Source: a virus
Taxonomy: Duplodnaviria; Caudoviricetes
Reading direction: 5' to 3' (one strand)
DNA: 62,694 bases
IMG/VR virus record: IMGVR_UViG_3300034167_000773
Coordinates: 1 to 62,694 of that record
A program made the position numbers and the translations under genes. Position 1 is the stretch's first letter; each line of letters opens with the position of its first letter. This document shows positions 1 to 6,669 of the stretch, piece by piece. The notes under the pieces are model-generated. The model was not told the origin of the DNA, made no database searches, and saw nothing but the letters and a program-made list of their open reading frames with translations.

Positions 1-50
1 TAAGAGATGGTACTTATAAATAAGAATAGTATAAATAATAGTTTTTTCAT
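1..50 (-). CDS. N-terminus of a secreted/membrane protein, truncated by the window edge (MKKLLFILFLFISTIS...)
   Basis: ATG at 50 on the minus strand followed by a basic + hydrophobic signal-peptide-like stretch running off the window. Confidence 0.55.
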   Translation of the reverse strand, partial: MKKLLFILFLFISTIS

Positions 51-67
51 ACTGGTTTTACGAATAG

Positions 68-149
68 CAGTCAAGATGAGATTCGAACTCATGACTATGC
101 AACCTTATAGGATGTGATGGGCCCCTTCCACATTACGCATTACTTGACT
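68..149 (-). ncRNA. tRNA-like element (intact acceptor and T arms, non-canonical D/anticodon region)
   Basis: Minus strand reads AGTCAAG-TA-...-ATGAG-TTCGAAT-CTCAT-CTTGACT-G: perfect 7-bp acceptor stem, U8A9 and canonical T arm, but no 5-bp/7-nt anticodon arm; TAGTTTTG promoter element just upstream (155-162). Confidence 0.6.
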
Positions 150-203
150 TTGCACAAAACTACTACAAAAGTTTATATTTGCCGTAATTCTGTGCAGTGT
201 TTT

Positions 204-252
204 TGTCGGGAATCCTTAAATATGTCGGGAATAGCTAAATATTGTCGGGAAT
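204..252. repeat. Three direct repeats TGTCGGGAAT (candidate operator)
   Basis: Exact 10-mers at 204-213, 223-232 and 243-252 (19-20 bp period). Confidence 0.85.
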
Positions 253-623
253 CAAGGTCTATCCCAGATATACCCAAAACTTTTTATTGTCCTAATAGGA
301 GCAATAGTTATCTTACTTCTAAGTTTTCTAATGTGAACATCTACTGTTCTATCACCAATAAACTCATTTTCCCATACTCTTTCTAACAACTCATCTCTAG
401 TAACTATTCTACCAGAGTGAGTATATAGATACTTTAATAGCTCAAATTCTTTCTTAGGTAGAAATAATTTCTTTCCCTCAAAAGATACTGTACAATCATT
501 ACTGTTAATAACAATATTAGAAACAGGTAATGGATTAAGATAATTTTCCATCCATTGTGCACCTAATAAAAAAGCTTGTGGATTATCAAAAGCTTTTGAG
601 GCTTCAATTAATTCTTGTATCAT
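252..623 (-). CDS. OmpR/PhoB-type winged-helix DNA-binding protein lacking a receiver domain
   Basis: LPKKEFELLKYL...GRIVTRDELLERVW...DRTVDVHIRKLRSK...IRTIKSFGY is the Trans_reg_C signature; the ~40-aa N-terminus is too short for a REC domain. Confidence 0.9.
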   Translation of the reverse strand: MIQELIEASKAFDNPQAFLLGAQWMENYLNPLPVSNIVINSNDCTVSFEGKKLFLPKKEFELLKYLYTHSGRIVTRDELLERVWENEFIGDRTVDVHIRKLRSKITIAPIRTIKSFGYIWDRP

Positions 624-868
624 TTCTTTTTAAATTGTTCAAACCATACTTGCAGTAAATCAATTGTTCTTTCAGAGCCATCATATTTTGATTTAGCATG
701 TAATATTTGACCATTTATATTTTTATTTTTATCAGGATAAGTGGCTACAAACTCTGCAAACTTAATCATATCTTCCTCACTATACATTCTTTCTTGTTTA
801 GGTTCTTTTAATGGTTCACAATCACAAATTGTAGTATGACCACAATAACATTTAATTTCTTTATTCAT
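620..868 (-). CDS. Hypothetical phage protein with Cys/His N-terminus (CYCGHTTICDC)
   Basis: 82-aa ORF; stop overlaps the start of the downstream gene. Confidence 0.7.
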   Translation of the reverse strand: MNKEIKCYCGHTTICDCEPLKEPKQERMYSEEDMIKFAEFVATYPDKNKNINGQILHAKSKYDGSERTIDLLQVWFEQFKKK

Positions 869-870
869 AA

Positions 871-1416
871 TTATATAGAAATATGTACTGAGTCTACTTT
901 AAGTTTATCATAAACAAGAAAATCTATTTTATTAGTAAATCTTTTGTTCATAGTATCTTCTACTTTCCAAAATCCTCTAATATGTGCAGGTTGATGTACA
1001 TAAATAGTACTACCATAAGGATAAATATTAAGTAAGTCTCTGCTTACTGCTACAATATTAATAGTTTTATTCTTAAGCTTCTTTAAGTTAATCTTATATC
1101 CGGATCCTGTAATAAGAGGAGTCTTATCACATTGTCCTGAAGTAGGATTGTAGTAAGTAGCTTTAATTTTTCTAAAAGGTACTGTATCTATTTGTACAGA
1201 GTCTTTAATAGTTCTTACTTCTTTCTTACTATCAGCTTTATCAAGTGTATTATTTAAATGTGCAAAACATAAAATAAGAGTTGCTATTGCAGATAATATA
1301 TTTAATATTACTTTAAATATGTTTTCTTTTTTATCATATAATAAGTAACACTCTAAACCTGTGGCAAAAAATGATAATGCCATAAAAATAACCAAAATAT
1401 TAAGTATTGTAATCAT
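871..1416 (-). CDS. Membrane-anchored 3D-domain (MltA-like) putative peptidoglycan hydrolase
   Basis: ATYYNP..QCDKTPLITGSG...VAVSRDLL..YPYGS...VEDTMNKRFTNKIDFL matches the 3D domain pattern; two N-terminal hydrophobic segments; start placed at ATG 1416 to limit overlap with the sigma gene. Confidence 0.8.
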   Translation of the reverse strand: MITILNILVIFMALSFFATGLECYLLYDKKENIFKVILNILSAIATLILCFAHLNNTLDKADSKKEVRTIKDSVQIDTVPFRKIKATYYNPTSGQCDKTPLITGSGYKINLKKLKNKTINIVAVSRDLLNIYPYGSTIYVHQPAHIRGFWKVEDTMNKRFTNKIDFLVYDKLKVDSVHISI

Positions 1417-1849
1417 ACCATTTCTGTTTAAGTAATTTGTTAAGCTCATTGTAATCTTGCATAGATATCTGGAGCTCGTTACAGATATCTTTGACTGATT
1501 TATCATCAGATTTTAAAAGAAAGAACATATATAATGATGTACCCATTAATGTCTCCTTAAAGTTCTTAATGTCTATACTACTGTTATCATTATATTCTAA
1601 TCTCTCAGGTATAGTGTCTACATAATCAGGATGTTTCTTCCTAATATATTTATCAATATAATGGTTTCTAGCTACATTATTTATCCAAGTAACAGGTGCA
1701 CTTTTGGTGCTATCAAAGAGGTGTTGTTTAAGAGTTGCTTTAAGTAATATATCTTCTACAAAATCATCAAGATCTTCATCTTTTAATTTAAAGTTATTTT
1801 TAGCAAATCTTTTTACATCCTTCTTATAGTTGTAAAAATCAAAATTCAT
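1400..1849 (-). CDS. ECF-type (sigma70 family) RNA polymerase sigma factor
   Basis: Region 2 pattern EDLDDFVEDILLKA...FD...TWINNVARNHYIDKYIRK and region-4-like HTH KSVKDICNELQIS; 149 aa. Confidence 0.8.
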   Translation of the reverse strand: MNFDFYNYKKDVKRFAKNNFKLKDEDLDDFVEDILLKATLKQHLFDSTKSAPVTWINNVARNHYIDKYIRKKHPDYVDTIPERLEYNDNSSIDIKNFKETLMGTSLYMFFLLKSDDKSVKDICNELQISMQDYNELNKLLKQKWYDYNT

Positions 1850-1853
1850 GATG

Positions 1854-1861
1854 CAAATGTA
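1854..1861 (-). promoter_or_regulatory. Bacteroidota housekeeping-sigma -7 element (TACATTTG) upstream of the sigma gene
   Basis: Matches TAnnTTTG, 4 nt before the ATG at 1849. Confidence 0.65.
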
Positions 1862-2026
1862 TAAAAAAATAAGTTAGGACAATATATCCTAACTTATTAC
1901 TGTTAAAACACCATACAAAACACAAAAAGTTTCTTGTTTATAAGGTTAATATAAAGGAAATAAAGTAAGGGAGAATATCTCCCCTAATTTATATAACTAT
2001 TTATTCACAATTAACCAAAACACATG

Positions 2027-2100
2027 TGACTCTGGTAGGATTCAAACCTACAACTTTCACCTTAGAAGGGTGACACTCTATTCAATTGAGTTACAGAGTC
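2027..2100 (-). tRNA. tRNA-Arg (anticodon UCU), CCA not encoded
   Basis: GACTCTG-TA-ACTC AATTGAATA GAGT-G-TCACC CTTCTAA GGTGA-AAGTT-GTAGG TTTGAAT CCTAC-CAGAGTC-A folds as a full cloverleaf. Confidence 0.9.
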
Positions 2101-2110
2101 TTATAAGATA

Positions 2111-2473
2111 CTAATGTATCTTATTCTTATTTACCCTAATCCTTTCTTCTTCCATCATCTCTTCTAAAGCTTGTTCCACAATTTCTATTGGGAACTTTTT
2201 AATAGCATTAATGACAGCATTGTCAATACTATCTTGCTTAGAGATTACTCCCCTACTAACAAGAATATCATTGCAAATCTGCAACTTTTCTTGAAATAAG
2301 GCAACACTTGCTCTTTTCTCTTCAAGTCTCTTCCTTATCTCAGGAAGAATGACTTTTTCTAATTTTGTTGTTGGCATTGTGGGTAGTAATTCCATACTAC
2401 CATCCTTGTGTTTCCAGAGTTGTTTTTCTGAAAAATTAATCTTACTGCTGTTGTCTTTGATTTTTGTATTCAT
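2111..2473 (-). CDS. Hypothetical protein
   Basis: 120-aa ORF with AT-rich leader, in the minus-strand gene run. Confidence 0.7.
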   Translation of the reverse strand: MNTKIKDNSSKINFSEKQLWKHKDGSMELLPTMPTTKLEKVILPEIRKRLEEKRASVALFQEKLQICNDILVSRGVISKQDSIDNAVINAIKKFPIEIVEQALEEMMEEERIRVNKNKIH

Positions 2474-2520
2474 GATTTGTAAATTTTTAATACCCTAAAT
2501 TTAATGAAATAATAAAAAAA

Positions 2521-2542
2521 TAGGGGAGATTTCTCTCCCCTA
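2521..2542 (-). terminator. Rho-independent terminator
   Basis: Minus strand TAGGGGAGA-GAAA-TCTCCCCTA followed by a U7 tract, just after the 2552..2944 stop. Confidence 0.8.
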
Positions 2543-2551
2543 TAATCAAAC

Positions 2552-2944
2552 TTAAGCTACTGCTAAAGGATTAGCATTAACTACCTTAGTAGTACTAGTA
2601 GTACTAGCAACACCAATACCAAAGTCAGAAAAATCTGCTCTTGAAGAACTACCCTGTAAATGAGAACAAACTAGAAGAACTGTACTTTGACCATCTCTGA
2701 TGATAGCATTACAAAGGTAATCATTACCTTCAGTCATGCCTTTATCAAAATTAGCTTTGTTAATGATACAAGTTCTTTGTACCATTTGTCCCTTATCATT
2801 CTCAAATTGGATAGTACCAATGTGATACTCTTTACCAGATGGAAACTGTCCTACTGGTTGCTCAGAAACAGAAATAAGTCTGCCATTAAAATTAGCTACT
2901 TCTTGATTTCTTTCATCATCACGAATAAACTGAAAATTTGCCAT
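2552..2944 (-). CDS. Hypothetical protein, possibly OB-fold/ssDNA-binding
   Basis: 130-aa beta-rich ORF with low-complexity C-tail and A-rich leader; fold call is a guess. Confidence 0.6.
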   Translation of the reverse strand: MANFQFIRDDERNQEVANFNGRLISVSEQPVGQFPSGKEYHIGTIQFENDKGQMVQRTCIINKANFDKGMTEGNDYLCNAIIRDGQSTVLLVCSHLQGSSSRADFSDFGIGVASTTSTTKVVNANPLAVA

Positions 2945-3010
2945 AAAATTGTTTTTTTTTGAAATTTGTTTTTAAAAAAGATTAAATACTAAAAAGAATA
3001 TTGAAATTGT

Positions 3011-3256
3011 TTATTTAATAGCTTGTAACTCATATTGAGCTTCAAGTGAATCTATGTGAGGTGAGACAAATCTATCTACCTTATAACCTCCATAAGGAGG
3101 AGTAGGTTGAACTTCTTGCAAAATAAAGTAATCTTCATTTGTAATCTTGTTCCTACTTATTCTAAGAACAGTGTATTCCTGTCCTTCTTTAAGCCAACAG
3201 GAAGTTGGTACTTCCTGTGGCCTATTAGTTGCATCAATGCATACTACCTTAAACAC
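3011..3256 (-). CDS. Hypothetical phage protein
   Basis: 81-aa ORF overlapping the upstream stop (KVVCID...WLKEGQEYTV...RF). Confidence 0.65.
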   Translation of the reverse strand: MFKVVCIDATNRPQEVPTSCWLKEGQEYTVLRISRNKITNEDYFILQEVQPTPPYGGYKVDRFVSPHIDSLEAQYELQAIK

Positions 3257-3584
3257 TGTAGACTAATTTAGAAGTTAAAATTCTATTTAAGTCTTCTTGT
3301 CTTACATTAGATTCTTCTATAAGATGGTTTAAAGCATTCTCAAAAGATATCTTGTAGAAATCTTTCACAGCTAAACTAAACTTATTAATATCTGCTGTAG
3401 CAAAGTCTACCACAAGTTTGTCTTTTCCATTCTTATCTACAACTTTAATGTAGTTAGAATGAAGTAAACTTCTTTTGATTAGACTTTCGACTCTAAAATC
3501 AGAGTTAAATGCAACTCTGATAGTGTGGACTTGAAAGTTATTAACCTTTGAAGTCTTAATTCCGTAAACTGTTTTCTTGTTCAT
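3249..3584 (-). CDS. Hypothetical protein
   Basis: 111-aa ORF in the operon. Confidence 0.7.
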   Translation of the reverse strand: MNKKTVYGIKTSKVNNFQVHTIRVAFNSDFRVESLIKRSLLHSNYIKVVDKNGKDKLVVDFATADINKFSLAVKDFYKISFENALNHLIEESNVRQEDLNRILTSKLVYSV

Positions 3585-3716
3585 TTTGATAAATTGTTAA
3601 AATTTGTGAAACATCTAAATATTGCCAGTTTGTTGCAGGAAAGTATGTAACCTGCAAGTATTTCTTTAAAAGTGGTGATCTATCAGACCACCACTCTTGA
3701 GCTTTTTTAGTATCCA

Positions 3717-3995
3717 TCATTTGTTTATAATAACAACTGTTGTATACTGATAACGTCTAGAGCTAGGATATGCTAACTCATGTTTTGGCATCTGATTGTA
3801 GATGATTCTAATAGTATCACCTACTTTGTACATATCTTTATGCAATATTTCAGCATAATAGATAGGACTACAACAAGTCTCTTTTACAAGAACACTTGGT
3901 GTAATAGTTTCTTTTTCTTTAGCACAACTAGTAATCATAGTTACTAGTAATAACAAACTAATAATAGTTTGTTGAGCATTACTTATTTTCTTCAT
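3717..3995 (-). CDS. Lipoprotein
   Basis: Hydrophobic stretch ending ITSC then AKEKE; shares MY[KR][VL]GDT[IV] with 5211..5408. Confidence 0.7.
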   Translation of the reverse strand: MKKISNAQQTIISLLLLVTMITSCAKEKETITPSVLVKETCCSPIYYAEILHKDMYKVGDTIRIIYNQMPKHELAYPSSRRYQYTTVVIINK

Positions 3996-4329
3996 ACCAG
4001 TTTGATGAGAAATGTTCTACAGCTGGTTTTTTTTCAGGAAACTTAGGATAATAATGATACTCCCAGCACTCTGAACCATCATACTCATGTCTAGTAAACC
4101 AAGAATTATTTTTGCACCATATAGTGCCAAATAAGTATTGTCTACCAAATCCTGAGTTATACTCAAAATCTAAGTTATTCAGGAACTCTTCAAGTTCTTC
4201 TTCTGTATAATTTAGATTAAGAGTAAATACAGTATTATCATCATAAGAATACTCATGTCTAATTTGAGCACAAAGTACTTCAACTTTAAATGATGAAATT
4301 GTTTTTAAAAATTCTTGTTTTGCATTCAT
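3979..4329 (-). CDS. Hypothetical phage protein (aromatic-rich, LDFEYNSGFG...EYDGSE motif)
   Basis: 116-aa ORF coupled to neighbours. Confidence 0.75.
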   Translation of the reverse strand: MNAKQEFLKTISSFKVEVLCAQIRHEYSYDDNTVFTLNLNYTEEELEEFLNNLDFEYNSGFGRQYLFGTIWCKNNSWFTRHEYDGSECWEYHYYPKFPEKKPAVEHFSSNWYEENK

Positions 4330-4433
4330 GAGTTACCTGCTAAGATTACAATTTTACCTACAATAACAAATAGTGCTAATGTTGCAACTATTGTTATAAA
4401 GATGTCTAATGCTAGATCTCTGTACTTATCCAT
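4326..4433 (-). CDS. Small single-TM protein (35 aa, MDKYRDLALDIFITIVATLALFVIVGKIVILAGNS)
   Basis: Not in the ORF track; A-rich leader, stop overlaps the next start (ATGA). Confidence 0.6.
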   Translation of the reverse strand: MDKYRDLALDIFITIVATLALFVIVGKIVILAGNS

Positions 4434-4498
4434 TTTGTTTTTTTTTGTTAATGTGTGAATAAATAGGGAATTTCACCCTAAAATTTCTTACAATAGAT

Positions 4499-4792
4499 TT
4501 AAACTTTAGGTAATTCTGCTACTTTATCACAAGCAGCTAAAACCTTATTTAAATCTTTACAAAAGTACCCATACTCCTGTTTTAGTTCATCATTTAATGA
4601 TGAACAAAAGAATGGATCATATGAGTCTTCTACATAAACAATTAAGCCATAGTAGACAAACCTAAAATCCTCATCATCATGTACAGATGGAGTATTTTTC
4701 ACGATTATTAAACTATAACCATTAGGTAATGTTTTTGTATACTCAGTATTTCCACCATGTACATTTCTTTTTTTAAACTCTTCAATATTCAT
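4499..4792 (-). CDS. Hypothetical protein
   Basis: Start placed at ATG 4792 (MNIEEFKK) after an A-rich leader; the longer start overlaps the ribozyme. Confidence 0.7.
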   Translation of the reverse strand: MNIEEFKKRNVHGGNTEYTKTLPNGYSLIIVKNTPSVHDDEDFRFVYYGLIVYVEDSYDPFFCSSLNDELKQEYGYFCKDLNKVLAACDKVAELPKV

Positions 4793-4915
4793 GTTTTGTT
4801 GTTTTTTAAATTGTTTTAAATTAAGAATATTTCTTGTGTTAGTTGTAATAGATAACTCTTGCAAGTTATTGTTAGCATATATCCCTATACTATTACAACT
4901 ATACACAAAAAATAA

Positions 4916-5090
4916 TTTGCCCATCTGCACTCAGTTGTAACTAATAAATTCACCTTTAGATACTGTGTATCATCTGGGTTTTATTATTAATCTACTCAGT
5001 TATTCAACTCCTCAAAACTACAATCTAATGAGTAAGTGAGATTATTACAATTGCTCACCCTTTGGAAGTGAGTTATGGTGCATTAACAAA
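4916..5090 (-). ncRNA. Twister ribozyme, type P1, with a long P5 insertion
   Basis: P1 UUUGU/GCAAA; UAA; P2 UGCA/UGCA; CC; P4 CUCAC/GUGAG; L4 (U)UCCAAAGG; P5 CAAUUGUAAU/GUUACAACUG; GA-UGG. Both pseudoknots are Watson-Crick (CCA/UGG and CC/GG). Confidence 0.8.
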
Positions 5091-5091
5091 A

Positions 5092-5121
5092 AGGAATACA
5101 AGTATTGCTACCTGTATTCCT
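5092..5121 (-). terminator. Terminator-like hairpin abutting the twister P1
   Basis: AGGAATACAGGTA-GCAA-TACTTGTATTCCT followed by TTTT. Confidence 0.55.
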
Positions 5122-5142
5122 GAAATGCTGATTCAACAGAAA

Positions 5143-5208
5143 TTATTTTCTGTCATATGCAATAGCATCCTCAATGGATACTATTACACCATTGATAATG
5201 GCGCACAT
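5143..5208 (-). CDS. Possible 21-aa peptide (MCAIINGVIVSIEDAIAYDRK)
   Basis: ATG 2 nt after the lipoprotein stop; could equally be non-coding hairpin sequence. Confidence 0.3.
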   Translation of the reverse strand: MCAIINGVIVSIEDAIAYDRK

Positions 5209-5210
5209 AG

Positions 5211-5408
5211 TTACTTAACAATAAGATACTTGTTTCTATTTACATATACTGTATCTCCTAATCTATACATAGGATCTACGTTAATTAAATAGATAGCACT
5301 TGATGCTTTGTTATCTAAAGGACCAATAAGTCTTGCTCTGACTTTTTTATCATTTGAGCAAGAAGATAAGGCAGCTACTGCTGCAATAAGAATGAGAAGA
5401 TTTTTCAT
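5211..5408 (-). CDS. Small lipoprotein
   Basis: MKNLLILIAAVAALSSC lipobox followed by SNDKK. Confidence 0.8.
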   Translation of the reverse strand: MKNLLILIAAVAALSSCSNDKKVRARLIGPLDNKASSAIYLINVDPMYRLGDTVYVNRNKYLIVK

Positions 5409-5435
5409 TTGGTTTGTGAAATTTAAATTAAAACA

Positions 5436-5590
5436 TGTGTTTTACACCTAAAACTTTATACTTATCATAGTATTGTGGTAGTTATAGCAGTTTATTACTA
5501 TATACTAGTATTCCACAACCTATTTACTGAATGGATAAGAATTTACTAAAGAAACTGGTGCCCTCAACAACTTGGGAAGTTATTAAGTTT
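5436..5590 (-). ncRNA. Circularly permuted twister-like RNA lacking P4
   Basis: UCCCAAGU-U-GUU-GA-GGG-CACC ... GGUG-UAA-AAC-AC gives T1 CCC/GGG, P1 CACC/GGUG, UAA site, P2 AAC/GUU and T2 AC/GU; no P4 3' strand. Confidence 0.55.
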
Positions 5591-5706
5591 TTTGTGAATT
5601 TATTCTCAGAGTTAATAGCCATAGTAACCTAAACTTGTATGTGATAATACAGTTGATGATTACTTTGCTTCCAAAGAATAAATAAGAGAAAGGGGAATTT
5701 CACCCC

Positions 5707-6015
5707 TTAAGAATATCTATCTCCAGGTTTTCTACCTTTAGAGAAATGTTCTACAACATCTCTTTCAGTAGATTCCCTTTCAATAAAGTATTCTGTTGTT
5801 CTATCATCAACAGACTTGGATGGTTCTCTATAAGACCATTCAGTAAGAGTTCTATGATGAACAGTATTACTAAGACGTTCTCTATCTTTAATAAAAGTAA
5901 AGATGTCTGTACCTAACTCTTCTTTAACCATATCATTTAACTTGTGAAATAATTGGTTATAATCATTAAGAGTCTTTTGATTTCTAATGTTGTGTAATTC
6001 TTCTTGAATAGACAT
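5707..6015 (-). CDS. Hypothetical protein
   Basis: 102-aa ORF followed by the hairpin AAGGGG-TGAAATT-CCCCTT. Confidence 0.7.
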   Translation of the reverse strand: MSIQEELHNIRNQKTLNDYNQLFHKLNDMVKEELGTDIFTFIKDRERLSNTVHHRTLTEWSYREPSKSVDDRTTEYFIERESTERDVVEHFSKGRKPGDRYS

Positions 6016-6140
6016 TGGTAATTGTAAATAAAAAGTTTGGCTATAATTATTTATTAAAACAACAACTAAGGAATAGCAGATACTTAAAAGTTGAGTGATA
6101 TAGTATTAGAGTGATTATCAATCACTTATGAATAAATTTA

Positions 6141-6240
6141 AACAAATAAGCCATACCCTCTCAGGACTTGTATGGAGCACTCCAATGCTACTTGGACATT
6201 TACCACTGCTGAGTACAGTGTATGCTACTTCTTATTTGTT
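6141..6240 (-). ncRNA. Unassigned multi-stem structured RNA candidate
   Basis: 10-bp perfect closing stem AACAAATAAG/CTTATTTGTT enclosing AGCAT/GTGCT, ACTG/CAGT, TCCAA/TTGGA and CCATAC/GTATGG stems. Confidence 0.5.
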
Positions 6241-6292
6241 AATAGTTTCTAGAACATATAAACACAATTAAAAGGGGGGTTTCCCCCCACTC

Positions 6293-6550
6293 TTAGCCGA
6301 GAACCATCAGAGCCTCACCAGTCTTGGTAGTCCTCACAGTTCCATCCTCATTCTTCCAAGGCTTCAGTTCATACTGAGTTTGGAATACACCTACCTGACC
6401 AGGTTGTAAGCCTGCACAGATATCAATAGCAGCATACACAGGTATACCACCAAATACACCAGGCTTCTTGATTAACAATAATGCCGTAGTCTTCTTCTCA
6501 CCTCTAATGGAGTGGAAAAGGAACATTTCATTTTTTTCTACTATTCTCAT
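6293..6550 (-). CDS. Hypothetical protein (higher GC than surroundings)
   Basis: Start placed at ATG 6550 (MRIVEK); followed by a G/C hairpin at about 6272-6294. Confidence 0.65.
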   Translation of the reverse strand: MRIVEKNEMFLFHSIRGEKKTTALLLIKKPGVFGGIPVYAAIDICAGLQPGQVGVFQTQYELKPWKNEDGTVRTTKTGEALMVLG

Positions 6551-6669
6551 AATTAATTGTGTTTTATGACAGGAGATCACATACCGCCTACCTGCCTTCA
6601 CTAAGACATTGGGGGACTTTGTTGTTAGTTGTCCAACCCTTACACAAATTTTTAAAAATTTTAAAAAAA

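Noticed and set aside
204-252. Mini CRISPR array
   Set aside because: Repeats are 10 bp with 9-10 bp spacers, far too short; no cas genes
3608-3700. Hairpins UUGCAGG/CCUGCAA and GAGUGGUGGUCU/AGAUCACCACUU as a ribozyme
   Set aside because: No catalytic consensus found; adequately explained as a terminator plus a leader hairpin
4950-4980. Hammerhead core inside the twister insert (CAGAUGA-stem)
   Set aside because: Not CUGAnGA, and no GAAA follows the stem
5617-5670. Irregular hairpin AGUAAUC/GGUUACU on the minus strand as a separate ncRNA
   Set aside because: A single AT-rich stem with no recognisable core; not distinguishable from chance without homologues
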